This document shows positions 17,719 through 27,564 of a stretch of 30,965 nt of DNA, in pieces. The DNA is from a virus (taxonomy: Duplodnaviria; Caudoviricetes): the IMG/VR virus record IMGVR_UViG_3300020045_000745, positions 1 through 30,965 of that record; one strand, 5' to 3'. A program made the translations under genes and the position numbers. The notes beneath the pieces were generated by a model. It had not been told where the DNA came from and made no database searches. It worked only from the letters and a program-made list of their open reading frames with translations. The number at the start of each line of letters is the position of its first letter. Position 1 is the first letter of the stretch.

Positions 17719-18228
17719 ATGCGGTCTACGTGGTTTAGGTCTGGGCAGTGGAATGCCATTTGTGCAGTATGTGGCTTTAAGTTCAAAAATACCGATCTTA
17801 AAATGCGGTGGGATGGTCTTTATGTTTGTAAGCAAGATTGGGAGATTCGTCATCCGCAGGAAATGATCAGACCAATCCCCGACCAGAACAAACTTCCGTG
17901 GACCCGTCCCGATCCGCCCACAAACGATATTGCTGGATCAGAGAGTATTGTTGGAACTACAAGTGGCGCTGTAACGGGCACAGTAACAGTCTCAGGTAGT
18001 GCGGTTATTTCCAGTTCTCATGTTGGAACTCTTGTTGACGGAACAAGTTCTAATATGATTATTGTTACGATTCCAATGGGGGTAACAGCAACAGTGACAT
18101 TTGATTCGAGTATCCCAAGTGGCACCACGATAAAGGTGTTTAATGCAGGCACCCTCACTTATGTTGACAATTCAAGTGGCACAACTCTCTTGATCTATGA
18201 TGCAGTCGGAGCTACCAGCGGAGTGTAA
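17719..18228 (+). CDS. Zn-binding N-terminal module protein, paralogue 1 (short beta-rich C-terminus)
   Basis: WNAICAVCGFKFKN...GLYVC...RHPQE.IRP..DQ.KLPWT, followed by an S/T/G/V-rich domain. Confidence 0.75.
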   Translation: MRSTWFRSGQWNAICAVCGFKFKNTDLKMRWDGLYVCKQDWEIRHPQEMIRPIPDQNKLPWTRPDPPTNDIAGSESIVGTTSGAVTGTVTVSGSAVISSSHVGTLVDGTSSNMIIVTIPMGVTATVTFDSSIPSGTTIKVFNAGTLTYVDNSSGTTLLIYDAVGATSGV

Positions 18229-19283
18229 TGATGGACTACACACGCTGGAAAGGTAATACTTGGAACGCGATCTGCGATCGCTGTGGCTTTAAGTTCAAAA
18301 ATACTGAATTGCTCCAAACCTATCAGGGATTGATGGTCTGTTCTTCCTGTTTTGAACATAGGCATCCCCAAGAACTTATTCGGCCCGTACAAGATCAGCA
18401 TAAACTTCCTTGGACCCAACCAGAAGGGACAGATATTTCAGTTGGAGACCTCTCACCACTTTATCTAGTTGCATCAATACCCGTTCCGGATACCAATAAT
18501 ACCCAAGTTGCTACATCAGACACAACCGTGATACTTCCTCTTTCTGGGGTCATTATTGTTGAGTCTGGGGCCGTTATCTCTAGATTGACAATCACTTCAC
18601 CCCCTCCCTCCTCAGTCATTCCTCGGCCAACAACTATTAGAATTATTGTTCGGGGAATACTCATTGGGATTATTAATTCTACAGATATCTCCATTGAGGT
18701 TATTGTTGTCCCCCCTGGAGTCTATGGATTAACCTTTGGGGATGTGGTTCAACCAACGGATACTTTTGTAAACGATACTATTACACCAGCAGTAAGTTTT
18801 GGCACCGGGTATTATACAGGCACGGCTACAATTGCTCTTGGAAATAATCCTACGGGAGCAACTCTCGGTGGAACATTAACTCAAACGGCGACGGATGGAA
18901 GGGTCACATTCAACAATCTGTCGATAAATAAATATGGGCGCAGTTACACACTTGTTGTAACTGCCAATGATAATATTGATACTGTTACCGATGAGACTAT
19001 CGCTTTTGATACGAAAGTGCAGTTGGCATTTATTGTCCAGCCATCTGAGGTGCAGAGAACCGTCTCAATTTCCCCTGCGATCGAAATTGCGGCTTGGGAT
19101 GTAAACAACACCATCGACACTTCTTACACTGGAAATATTACGGTTGCACTTGAGGCTAACCCAGGTCCATCCACATTGAGCGGGACACTTACACAAGCAG
19201 CCGTTGCGGGAGTGGCTACATTTAGTGATTTGAGTCTTGATGTAGTCGCAGACGGGTATACACTAAGAGCCGAGGGAGTCTGA
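18228..19283 (+). CDS. Zn-binding N-terminal module protein, paralogue 2 (two Ig-like repeats)
   Basis: WNAICDRCGFKFKN...GLMVCSSC...RHPQE; two ~90-100 aa repeats QP......I.PA...YTG..T.AL..NP...TL.GTLTQ.A..G..TF..LS.....YTL. Confidence 0.75.
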   Translation: MMDYTRWKGNTWNAICDRCGFKFKNTELLQTYQGLMVCSSCFEHRHPQELIRPVQDQHKLPWTQPEGTDISVGDLSPLYLVASIPVPDTNNTQVATSDTTVILPLSGVIIVESGAVISRLTITSPPPSSVIPRPTTIRIIVRGILIGIINSTDISIEVIVVPPGVYGLTFGDVVQPTDTFVNDTITPAVSFGTGYYTGTATIALGNNPTGATLGGTLTQTATDGRVTFNNLSINKYGRSYTLVVTANDNIDTVTDETIAFDTKVQLAFIVQPSEVQRTVSISPAIEIAAWDVNNTIDTSYTGNITVALEANPGPSTLSGTLTQAAVAGVATFSDLSLDVVADGYTLRAEGV

Positions 19284-19285
19284 TT

Positions 19286-19996
19286 GTGAGCGTTTTAGGA
19301 ACAACCAGTACGAGTTTTGATGTGATTCCCCTATGGGGCACGTGGCATACGACAAAACATTCCCCCCTTGTAACTTTATCTGGTGGAAATCTGACTGCAA
19401 CATATGCGTATCCTGCTCTTGTGGCCCCAATGGCACCAGTTCTGTCTACTGCCTATGCCTCAACCGGCTATCGGTATTTTGAGTTGACGCAAGGATTTTA
19501 TACCCAACCTTTAAGTTTTTCTGGATTTCGTCTTGCCTACATTGGTATCGGCCCTGTTCAGACAGATGCAGTTGCAACACAGAATCCTCCCGTTTATGCT
19601 GTCGGAGCAACAAGTGGTTACCCTCTTTATGGGACAAGTTACGCCTTTCAGGTCTTAAACTCGCAACCAGGGGCAAATGCACAGCTTTCCAAAACAGCAA
19701 GTAACAGTGGGGCCACAAGTCTAGGTAATTGGCCGGTCACACAAACTGGAGATGTTTTTGGACTCCTTGTCGATTTTGAAGTAGGGACTATCGAATTCAG
19801 ACGAAACGATACGGTGATCGGATCGTTTACTGGACTGTCCTTGGGCGACACTCCACGCGCCCCCCATTTGAGTTTTCGGCCTTCGACCGATCTTTCCAGT
19901 CCCGAAGAACCTGAAGATGCAACATATACCGCAAATTTCGGAGCCTCTGCTTGGGTTTACACGCCACCGGCTGGGTATACCGGCTGGTACGAATAA
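19286..19996 (+). CDS. SPRY/B30.2 (concanavalin-like) domain protein
   Basis: LSGGNLTAT, STG.RYFE, GDV.G..VD...G.I.F.RN, TANFG...W.Y.PPAGY..W; GTG start preceded by GGGAG. Confidence 0.75.
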   Translation: MSVLGTTSTSFDVIPLWGTWHTTKHSPLVTLSGGNLTATYAYPALVAPMAPVLSTAYASTGYRYFELTQGFYTQPLSFSGFRLAYIGIGPVQTDAVATQNPPVYAVGATSGYPLYGTSYAFQVLNSQPGANAQLSKTASNSGATSLGNWPVTQTGDVFGLLVDFEVGTIEFRRNDTVIGSFTGLSLGDTPRAPHLSFRPSTDLSSPEEPEDATYTANFGASAWVYTPPAGYTGWYE

Positions 19997-20010
19997 AAGG
20001 ATACTAAATT

Positions 20011-21312
20011 ATGGCCACTTTCCGAGAAGCAATGACTGCAATGTTGCAGGCAAAGCAGGCGAACCTTGACCCAGAGACCCAACGGGCGTCTTTTGACCAA
20101 ATATGGAATCAACAGAATGGGTGGTCTCCTGAGCGGTTGGCCCAAGCTGACGCCATGTTTTCCAGGATTCCCCCTGACCAACAACAGCAATTTGCCGAGG
20201 GTGCCTATTATCTCCAAGGCTGGCCAGATCAATTAATGGCGGCTCTTGGAAGTCCAGACCCTACTCAGGCGCTACAAGCCACAAAGGCGAGTGTTGATCA
20301 ACGATTGACTCAAGCTCAATCTGAATACGAAGATGCCAGCAGTTGGCAGACGCACCTTCAGCATGGGCTGCCATTCATCGCGGCTGGTTTAGGTCTTGCC
20401 GGGGCTGGCGGGGCATTTGGCGCTTTCGGCGGTGGTGGGAGCACAAACTCACTCTTTGGTGCAGAGTCATTCTTACCGGAACTTGGGGCAGGTGGGGGCG
20501 TGGGCGAAGGAGCCTTCACCACAGGAATGCAGGGATTCAATGATTTTGGGGAAGTTGGTGGATGGTCTTCTGAAGCTGCTGGCGGTGGGACAGACCCGTG
20601 GTCAATCGACATCCCACCCGACAGTGCATATGGAGGAACAGATTGGGCAAGTCGAGCACAGGTTGGTGGGGCAGAGGATATGTTCAATCTTGCCGGTTCA
20701 GGATCGGGTGCAGGTGGAGGGGGTGGAAGTGACTTACTTGCGACGTTAAAGAATTGGGGAATTACCCCTGGTCTTGCTGCGTCTACAGCCTTAAACCTAT
20801 TCCAACAAGGGCGTCAAGCAGATGCGTTGAAAGAAGTGTCTAATCAAGCCTTTCAAAGTGCTCCTATTAATCAGCCTCAGAGAGCACCCTATCAAGCAAA
20901 TCTGATGAATCTCATGCAGAACCCAAATGACTTCTTTGCATCCAACCCACTGTTTAATGCCCAAAAGGATCAGGCAACACAGGCATTTGAGGCTCAATCG
21001 GCCAAACGTGGAATGGGCGGAACCACTATTAATGATTACATGCGTAACATCATGAACACGGGGGCGAGCACATTCTTTGATCAAGGGAACTTGCTTGCCA
21101 CGCTTGGGGGATTTAATCAGGGTGCGGGGAATGCCGGTGCAGGAACACAGGCTGGAATCGCAGCGGCTAATGCTGGTTCTAACATGATTACTGGCTCTAT
21201 CCCATTGGTGAGTAATGTGGCCAATAGTCAAGGGGCTTCCGATGCTTTTGCAAGTCTCTACGATTTCTCTAAACCAAATCCAATAAGTGGGTCCACCATC
21301 TCTCCGGCGTAA
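20011..21312 (+). CDS. Internal virion / DNA ejection protein (Gly/Ala/Gln-rich)
   Basis: Follows tail genes; hydrophobic Gly-rich stretch GLPFIAAGLGLAGAGGAFG; Q.PY...L..L...P and A..A.RG..G motifs reminiscent of P22 gp7-like proteins; AAAGGA RBS. Confidence 0.65.
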   Translation: MATFREAMTAMLQAKQANLDPETQRASFDQIWNQQNGWSPERLAQADAMFSRIPPDQQQQFAEGAYYLQGWPDQLMAALGSPDPTQALQATKASVDQRLTQAQSEYEDASSWQTHLQHGLPFIAAGLGLAGAGGAFGAFGGGGSTNSLFGAESFLPELGAGGGVGEGAFTTGMQGFNDFGEVGGWSSEAAGGGTDPWSIDIPPDSAYGGTDWASRAQVGGAEDMFNLAGSGSGAGGGGGSDLLATLKNWGITPGLAASTALNLFQQGRQADALKEVSNQAFQSAPINQPQRAPYQANLMNLMQNPNDFFASNPLFNAQKDQATQAFEAQSAKRGMGGTTINDYMRNIMNTGASTFFDQGNLLATLGGFNQGAGNAGAGTQAGIAAANAGSNMITGSIPLVSNVANSQGASDAFASLYDFSKPNPISGSTISPA

Positions 21313-21324
21313 AGGATAGTATAT

Positions 21325-22365
21325 ATGGCAAATGATTATATCAACCCGTTTTCTGCAATGGACCCCGGCATTGTGGCTCCGGGAAAAACGGCCATGGAAG
21401 CATTTCTTGGCTATGAAAACCGGCAAAAAGCGATGCCCTTTGTTGATCTTGCTCGACAATCACAAGAGCAGTCATTACAGAAACAACAACAAGAAATGCA
21501 GGAATGGTCTTCGCCAGAGGCCAGCAAAGCTCGCATGTCTGGATATGGGGCCAAGACCACCCAGAACCAACAAGTTATTGATCTTGGACCACAAGAACTT
21601 GCCACTAAGCGCAAGACATTGGAAGATGAGTATCGGGCCAGTGGGATTCTGACTGACGAGAAGATGGCCAAGGCAAGGCAGTATATAAATGATCACTCGT
21701 ATCCCGCCTATCAGGACTTCACGACATCCCTTGCCGGACTTGGAGAGCACCTAAGTTCCCTTCCTCCGGGCACCCCACAGTCTTTCAAAGACAATCTAAT
21801 CAAACAACTATACCCGACGATGGTGCGAGATTGGCAGACCAAGCATCCGAATGAGAAACTACCCGCCCATCTGCAAAACTTTGATGAGCAGACGATGCCA
21901 CAAATTGCAATGGCCACCTACAAGAATAATCTCTATCTGGAACGGCAAGCAAAAGAACGTATTGAAAAGATGAAAGAGGAATCAGCCGAGAAACGGCAAA
22001 GAATGTCTTCTGGAGCCACTATTGAAGCGGCCCGCATCTCCAATCGAGGGGCGATGGAACGTGAAGAACTCAAATCGGGAAGTAAGGATGAGGCTTCAAG
22101 AACTCGTCGAGAGATAGCAATCGCTAAAACTGCCACAGATTTCTTAGCAAATGACATTACCTTTATGACCGAGAAAGACCCGGCCATTCGGCAACAGAAG
22201 ATACAAGAAGCAAAGGACTTTGCCGAGAGTTTTCACGGGAAATCAAAAGAAGGCCCCGTGCTTCCAGAGGCTGAGGCAAAGGAAATCAAGACATCCGCCG
22301 AACACGCTGCCCTTAAAAAAGGCACTAGATATAAGTATCAAGGTAAAATTTACATCAAAAAATAA
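21325..22365 (+). CDS. Internal virion / DNA ejection protein (helical)
   Basis: 346 aa Q/E/K-rich coiled coil between two ejection-type genes; C-terminal L..GT.Y...GK.Y.K motif. Confidence 0.6.
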   Translation: MANDYINPFSAMDPGIVAPGKTAMEAFLGYENRQKAMPFVDLARQSQEQSLQKQQQEMQEWSSPEASKARMSGYGAKTTQNQQVIDLGPQELATKRKTLEDEYRASGILTDEKMAKARQYINDHSYPAYQDFTTSLAGLGEHLSSLPPGTPQSFKDNLIKQLYPTMVRDWQTKHPNEKLPAHLQNFDEQTMPQIAMATYKNNLYLERQAKERIEKMKEESAEKRQRMSSGATIEAARISNRGAMEREELKSGSKDEASRTRREIAIAKTATDFLANDITFMTEKDPAIRQQKIQEAKDFAESFHGKSKEGPVLPEAEAKEIKTSAEHAALKKGTRYKYQGKIYIKK

Positions 22366-25300
22366 TGGCTAACATATTTGGTGATGCAGAGATACCCGAC
22401 AAAGAGGATGTAAATCCTTTTGGGGATTCTCTTGAACAGGAACCTCAATTCAGTTCCACTCCGCAACAACCTGGGATATTAAAGCAGATTGCTGGGGGTG
22501 CTCAGGGATTACTTGAGTTCGGTGCGGCGATTCCGGGAGCTATCGGAGGCACAGGTCTGGCGGCAGGACATGCGCTCATGGGTGAGGACCCACGCATTGC
22601 GTTAGAGGGCCTCCGTGGGGTCATGGAAGAGACCAACCTTGCCAAGAAGGTTCTTCCAGATGATGTTCTCAAAGAACTCCAATCTACCTATGGTTACAAG
22701 ATTGGAAGTGCTCCAGCAGAAGCTATTGGGAAAGTGTTTGAGGGACTGGGAAAACTAGGGGGATGGGGAGCGGCTCTGGTTGGGGCAAGCAAAGACACAG
22801 CGGAAAAGACTGATGCCTATACTCAACTCGTTGCAATGGCTCTTGGACTTGCTGCACCAGGAAAAGGGAAATTTAAAGGCACGCAGAAAGAATACTTTGA
22901 TCTGCATGATACGATCCTCAAGGGTGATCCAAAATGGGATGCTGCTTCTAAAAAAGCCCAAGAAACCTATCCGAAGGAGGAAGTAAATCCCTTCGGAGAC
23001 AAACCAGTGGACCCAGGGATGCGTGCTCATGCTGAAGATTTGGGATTTATGCCTGAAGCACTTCCACAATCCCCTTATAATATCCCCGAGGCTGTTAAAC
23101 GCCAGATTGAAGAGGAACACAACCCAACTAATGCTCCTGAGACTCGTGTTGAGGGTCAGGGGGAGCTTTTCACAGGCAGGGGAGCACTCACTCCCGATGA
23201 ACTAGCCGCACGTAGGTTTGTGACGGCAGAGGAAGGGGCTGGAGCCAGAGATCGTGCCCAACCAACAGAAACCCGCTTTGAGATTGGCAGGGAGGCAGAA
23301 CATCCGATTGCGTCAGCAGATTTGGTCGAGACTGGTGCTGGCCGTAGGCCGTCTGAAGAACTTCCATATACGCCAGAACCGAGACCGGAAGTCCCGATTT
23401 CTCGTATTAACCCAGATATAATTGCCACCAGGGCTGATGCCTACTATAAAGCGGCAGAGGACGCCCTGAATCGTGGGGACAAAACTAAAGCAGAAGAGTA
23501 TTTTAAAAAGGGAGATGATTTATATACGCAAGAACAATCTCTGAGAAGGCGGATATCAGATTTTGATATTCCTCGAAAAAAACCTAAAGTTAAGTTATCT
23601 GATATTCCAAAGAAAGAAGAACCTCAATTTTCGTCTTCGGATACTGCGGCGACTCGGCTTCGTCAACAACAAGAGCAACAACTTGCAAAACAACAAGCAG
23701 AAGCCATCTCCCGAAGGGATCGACAACTTTCCCAAGACACAGTGGAACCAGTGCGTCGTGCAAGAGAACCCACACGAAATTGGTTGGAACGCTGGCAAGC
23801 CTGGAAACAGCGTAATGCAACTGGTGGAAGAATGAGCCATCGAGGTCAGCGTGGAATGGCCGTAATTCCCTTTGGAAAGACCGCTGAACTGATTCGGGAT
23901 AAACTTATTCCACGAATCGCAGAAATCTCCAAGAAACTTGACAATATTGGAGAAGCTTTCAAACGGGGTCAGATTACGTCTGGGGTCTATTACAAACGAC
24001 GTGAAGAACTTCTCCATGAACGCACGACCCTAAATCAACGGAAACAGGCATCTGAAGATGTTTTGTACAAAGAACAAAATCCCGGCTACAAAGGGATTCA
24101 CGACACGCTTGCAGAAGAGGCTCTGCAAAAGATGCGTCTTCCAGTTAATCAGGGTGGGCAAGTCCTTCCCTTTGTCCCTCTGAAACAACGTGGAGCTATT
24201 GGAGATTGGGATCGTAAGATTGCCAAGAAAGGGCTTACGCAAACCGCGCTTGACATGAAGCGGGAGATCAGCATTGAGAAACGAACTCTCGCTGAAATCG
24301 TGCAAGAAGGAAAGGAACTTGACCCCAAGATCATCCAGGACATCGCCCCGGAGTCAGAGGGGAAGATCATGTCTGGATTCAAACGGGGCATGTCGCATCT
24401 CCTGATTGACAGAACAATGGCAAGATTATCGCGTGAACGCCCTGGGGCAAGAACCCTGATCAAATGGGAAACCGATCACCGTGCTGCTATTGACAATCGC
24501 AAGGACGTAAGTATCCGAGATGCCCTGCTGGAAGGTCTCACGCCCCTAAAGAAAGCCAACATCCCAGAGGTAAGAGGAATGCTGGATGTTTGGCAGAAAG
24601 CCATTGGGGATGCCCCACTAGGTCGGGAAGCATTTAAAACGGAGAAGCAGTGGCAGCAATTCCAGACCATCCGGAGAGTATATGACCGAATTCACAAAGA
24701 CGTGACAGCAACCCGAGAGAGGTTTGGCCGTAAGGCTCTTCCTTGGATTGACAACTATATGGCTGCGATTTGGGAAGGCGACTATCGCGTAAATATCTTT
24801 GATCAGGCCGGAAACAAGGTTGGCACATTTGGCATGAAAACGGAGATTGGTGGAAATCGGCTTGCAAAAGCATTCCGCAAAGAGCATCCAGAACTCAAGG
24901 TTGACGACGCCACTCATATCCCTGAACGAGAGCAATATCACGACTTGACTGCTTTTGAAGAAGCCATTCGTATCCATAAAGGCGATTACGCGGCTACTAA
25001 AGCTCTCCAACAAACCTATTCCCGACTGCTTCAGACGAAGGGAATGGGGGCACATGGGCTATTCCGGCAAGGCGTATTCGGGTATCTGGGTATGGAACCG
25101 GGGAAACTGGGTGTAAAGAACTTCCAGAAAGCCTTTGAGGTATACGTGAAACGGGCCTATAATCACATTGCCAATCTGGAGAAGAATGATCTTGCTGTGC
25201 AACTGGACAAACTCCCGCCCGAGATTGCGGATAAACTGCCAAATACCATTGACTATCTACATCAAGCCCTAAATCTGGCCAAAGGTGTAGATATTGCCTG

Positions 25301-27077
25301 GACCAAGCAATTTCCGGATAAGGCGTTTGAAGAACTCGGTTATATGACAGGGATTGGACGCAATTTCGCCAGGAACGCGATTTCAGAAGTTGCCTCAGTG
25401 GCCTCTATCGCTACGTTGTCCACTGTGAGATTTCTTTCCGTGCAACCCCTTCAATACCTAAATGCAATCCCGAAATTGTTGCAACTCAAGGGGCGATTGC
25501 CCGATGCACGAACAATGTCTGTGTCCATGCTTAAAGGACTTCAGGGGATGCTCATTCCGGAAACTCGGGATGCTATTCAGCATGAACTTATTACCTGGGC
25601 AAACAAGAATGAGCAACTACAAGCCGCTCTAGTTGATATGGCAGGACTTAGGGCAACTGACCCGACTACTTCTTCCACCAGTCGTATTGGAAATGCTGCA
25701 CGGGTTATTCTAGGATCAGTTGAAAAACATACAGTAAGAACACCAGCATTGCTGGCGTTTGAATATGCCCTGCGGGATATCACTCCCAACAAGATCGAGA
25801 GATTTGAACAGGCCGCTGCTCTAATGGGCTACGAGATGGTGACATATGATGCCGCAAGCACTCCAAGAATCTACGGAGAACTCGGTCTAACTGGAGAGGC
25901 TGCAAAACCTCTTAAACAGTATAGTCATAACACGTGGGGACGATTCTTTGAGTATATGCAAGGAGCTAAAAATCACATGGAGTTCGCCCCTCTTGCGGGA
26001 TATATGGCGACTCAGTGGGGAGTCGGCGGTATCCGTGGACTCATTGGGATAGCAGAGGCTACCTTTGCTATTACGGCGGTCAATGCACTGTTCAGTTTGG
26101 ACATTCCGACACCAGAACAGTTATGGTTGAAACACGGACCAGCTAACAACAAAGTGGCTAATGCCGTTCTATTCGGGATTCCTTCAACTCTCTTAGGTTG
26201 GGATGTTTCCGGAACACTCACTGCACCGAACCTTCCACAGATGTTTGGGGTATTTCCCATCGAGATAGCGAGTAGGGCGGTCTACGACTCTTTAAAATTC
26301 GCGGTAAAGTATCTACACGGCACAAATACGGATGCTGATTTATTGCAGGCATTACAATCATCCTCACCAGCAGCCATGCGAGAGTTCTGGTCCGAGATGT
26401 TTTCCGAGCCTGGAAAACCAGTGCCCCATGCAGGGGCTGGCATGGAGGGGAACTATGTCCGAGACCCCCTGGAGAAAGGGGTTGCTGCCATCTTCAATAT
26501 GAAATCTATTGCAGAGGCTCGGGCAGATGAAGTTATGCGGCAATTCAAACAAATGTTTGCCAGAGACCTGGATCAAAAACAAACAGCCATTCGTGCGATC
26601 ACAGATCGGGTGTTAAAACAGGAGCAAATCACTCCCGAACTTATGAACAAGTTTATTGCGGAGGGAGGCAATCCTAAGAATCTCCGACAAGCAATCAAAC
26701 AGGAAATGATCAGACGATCATTACCTTGGATGGATCGTCAACTTATAGGCAAAGAGATGACTCCACAAAAGGCCCACAAACTCCAAATCATGAAAGAGGA
26801 GCTAGACCGGGAGTTCAAACGTCGGCAAGAAGAGAAATCTTCGGGAAATGTTCGTCAAATGGCTCAGGGGGATGACACTGCATCCCTGACTGGTCCCACG
26901 AAAGGAATTACAGATTACATGAGCAACTGGCCGAAAGACGGGAAAACACCCTTCATGGGCCGTGGCCAAGGAATTGTGGGGAATCAGGGAGGTATCCGAC
27001 CCAATCTGACGAACCCTGCCGCATCTGAATACCAGGAACTCCGTAGACGAATTCTAGCAAGACAAAGGACTATGTAA
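22365..27077 (+). CDS. Large internal virion / DNA ejection protein
   Basis: 1570 aa, last structural gene, mostly helical, NPF motifs near the N-terminus. No RNA polymerase (DxDGD) or lysozyme motif recognised. Confidence 0.7.
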   Translation: MANIFGDAEIPDKEDVNPFGDSLEQEPQFSSTPQQPGILKQIAGGAQGLLEFGAAIPGAIGGTGLAAGHALMGEDPRIALEGLRGVMEETNLAKKVLPDDVLKELQSTYGYKIGSAPAEAIGKVFEGLGKLGGWGAALVGASKDTAEKTDAYTQLVAMALGLAAPGKGKFKGTQKEYFDLHDTILKGDPKWDAASKKAQETYPKEEVNPFGDKPVDPGMRAHAEDLGFMPEALPQSPYNIPEAVKRQIEEEHNPTNAPETRVEGQGELFTGRGALTPDELAARRFVTAEEGAGARDRAQPTETRFEIGREAEHPIASADLVETGAGRRPSEELPYTPEPRPEVPISRINPDIIATRADAYYKAAEDALNRGDKTKAEEYFKKGDDLYTQEQSLRRRISDFDIPRKKPKVKLSDIPKKEEPQFSSSDTAATRLRQQQEQQLAKQQAEAISRRDRQLSQDTVEPVRRAREPTRNWLERWQAWKQRNATGGRMSHRGQRGMAVIPFGKTAELIRDKLIPRIAEISKKLDNIGEAFKRGQITSGVYYKRREELLHERTTLNQRKQASEDVLYKEQNPGYKGIHDTLAEEALQKMRLPVNQGGQVLPFVPLKQRGAIGDWDRKIAKKGLTQTALDMKREISIEKRTLAEIVQEGKELDPKIIQDIAPESEGKIMSGFKRGMSHLLIDRTMARLSRERPGARTLIKWETDHRAAIDNRKDVSIRDALLEGLTPLKKANIPEVRGMLDVWQKAIGDAPLGREAFKTEKQWQQFQTIRRVYDRIHKDVTATRERFGRKALPWIDNYMAAIWEGDYRVNIFDQAGNKVGTFGMKTEIGGNRLAKAFRKEHPELKVDDATHIPEREQYHDLTAFEEAIRIHKGDYAATKALQQTYSRLLQTKGMGAHGLFRQGVFGYLGMEPGKLGVKNFQKAFEVYVKRAYNHIANLEKNDLAVQLDKLPPEIADKLPNTIDYLHQALNLAKGVDIAWTKQFPDKAFEELGYMTGIGRNFARNAISEVASVASIATLSTVRFLSVQPLQYLNAIPKLLQLKGRLPDARTMSVSMLKGLQGMLIPETRDAIQHELITWANKNEQLQAALVDMAGLRATDPTTSSTSRIGNAARVILGSVEKHTVRTPALLAFEYALRDITPNKIERFEQAAALMGYEMVTYDAASTPRIYGELGLTGEAAKPLKQYSHNTWGRFFEYMQGAKNHMEFAPLAGYMATQWGVGGIRGLIGIAEATFAITAVNALFSLDIPTPEQLWLKHGPANNKVANAVLFGIPSTLLGWDVSGTLTAPNLPQMFGVFPIEIASRAVYDSLKFAVKYLHGTNTDADLLQALQSSSPAAMREFWSEMFSEPGKPVPHAGAGMEGNYVRDPLEKGVAAIFNMKSIAEARADEVMRQFKQMFARDLDQKQTAIRAITDRVLKQEQITPELMNKFIAEGGNPKNLRQAIKQEMIRRSLPWMDRQLIGKEMTPQKAHKLQIMKEELDREFKRRQEEKSSGNVRQMAQGDDTASLTGPTKGITDYMSNWPKDGKTPFMGRGQGIVGNQGGIRPNLTNPAASEYQELRRRILARQRTM

Positions 27078-27079
27078 GT

Positions 27080-27541
27080 ATGAATAACTTTATGACAGCA
27101 GTTCAATTTCTGATTGACCCACAGGACGGATTCGACGCTGAAGGTGGGTATGTGAATGATCCCAATGATCCTGGTGGAGAGACCAACTACGGTATCAGTA
27201 AACGATCACACCCAGATGAGGACATTAAAAATATGACCCTCGCACGGGCAATCGAGCTATACAGAGAGCACTACTGGGATTTCTATGGTCTAGATAGACT
27301 TGATCTTCCGTATTGCATCTGTGTAATGGATGCCCATGTGCAACACAGACCAACGGTTGTCGCCCAATTTCACGCTATTGCTCAGGGCGACTGGAAACTA
27401 TTTAATGCTACTAGGAGAGAGTTCTATTTGCGGCTTGTCCAAAAGAATCCCCAGAGAAACACCCGATACAAAAATGGGTGGCTCAATCGCATGAATTCCC
27501 TTGACAAGTTCTGTGAGATATCAATCCAGAATCAACTCTAA
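27080..27541 (+). CDS. Endolysin, glycoside hydrolase family 108
   Basis: EGGYVNDPNDPGGETNYGIS catalytic motif, A..LY...YW, and C-terminal GWLNR peptidoglycan-binding motif. Confidence 0.92.
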   Translation: MNNFMTAVQFLIDPQDGFDAEGGYVNDPNDPGGETNYGISKRSHPDEDIKNMTLARAIELYREHYWDFYGLDRLDLPYCICVMDAHVQHRPTVVAQFHAIAQGDWKLFNATRREFYLRLVQKNPQRNTRYKNGWLNRMNSLDKFCEISIQNQL

Positions 27542-27542
27542 A

Positions 27543-27562
27543 TTTTTACAACCTTGTAAAAA
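27543..27562. repeat. Perfect inverted repeat TTTTTACAA-CC-TTGTAAAAA
   Basis: 9-bp arms with a 2-nt spacer, read directly from the sequence. Confidence 0.85.
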
Positions 27563-27564
27563 GC

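Noticed and set aside
22365-27077. Large ORF as an N4-like virion RNA polymerase
   Set aside because: Much shorter than N4 vRNAP and no polymerase catalytic motif recognised.
27501-27530. TTGACA as a sigma70 -35 element
   Set aside because: No acceptable -10 at 16-18 nt spacing; lies inside the endolysin gene and points into a terminator.
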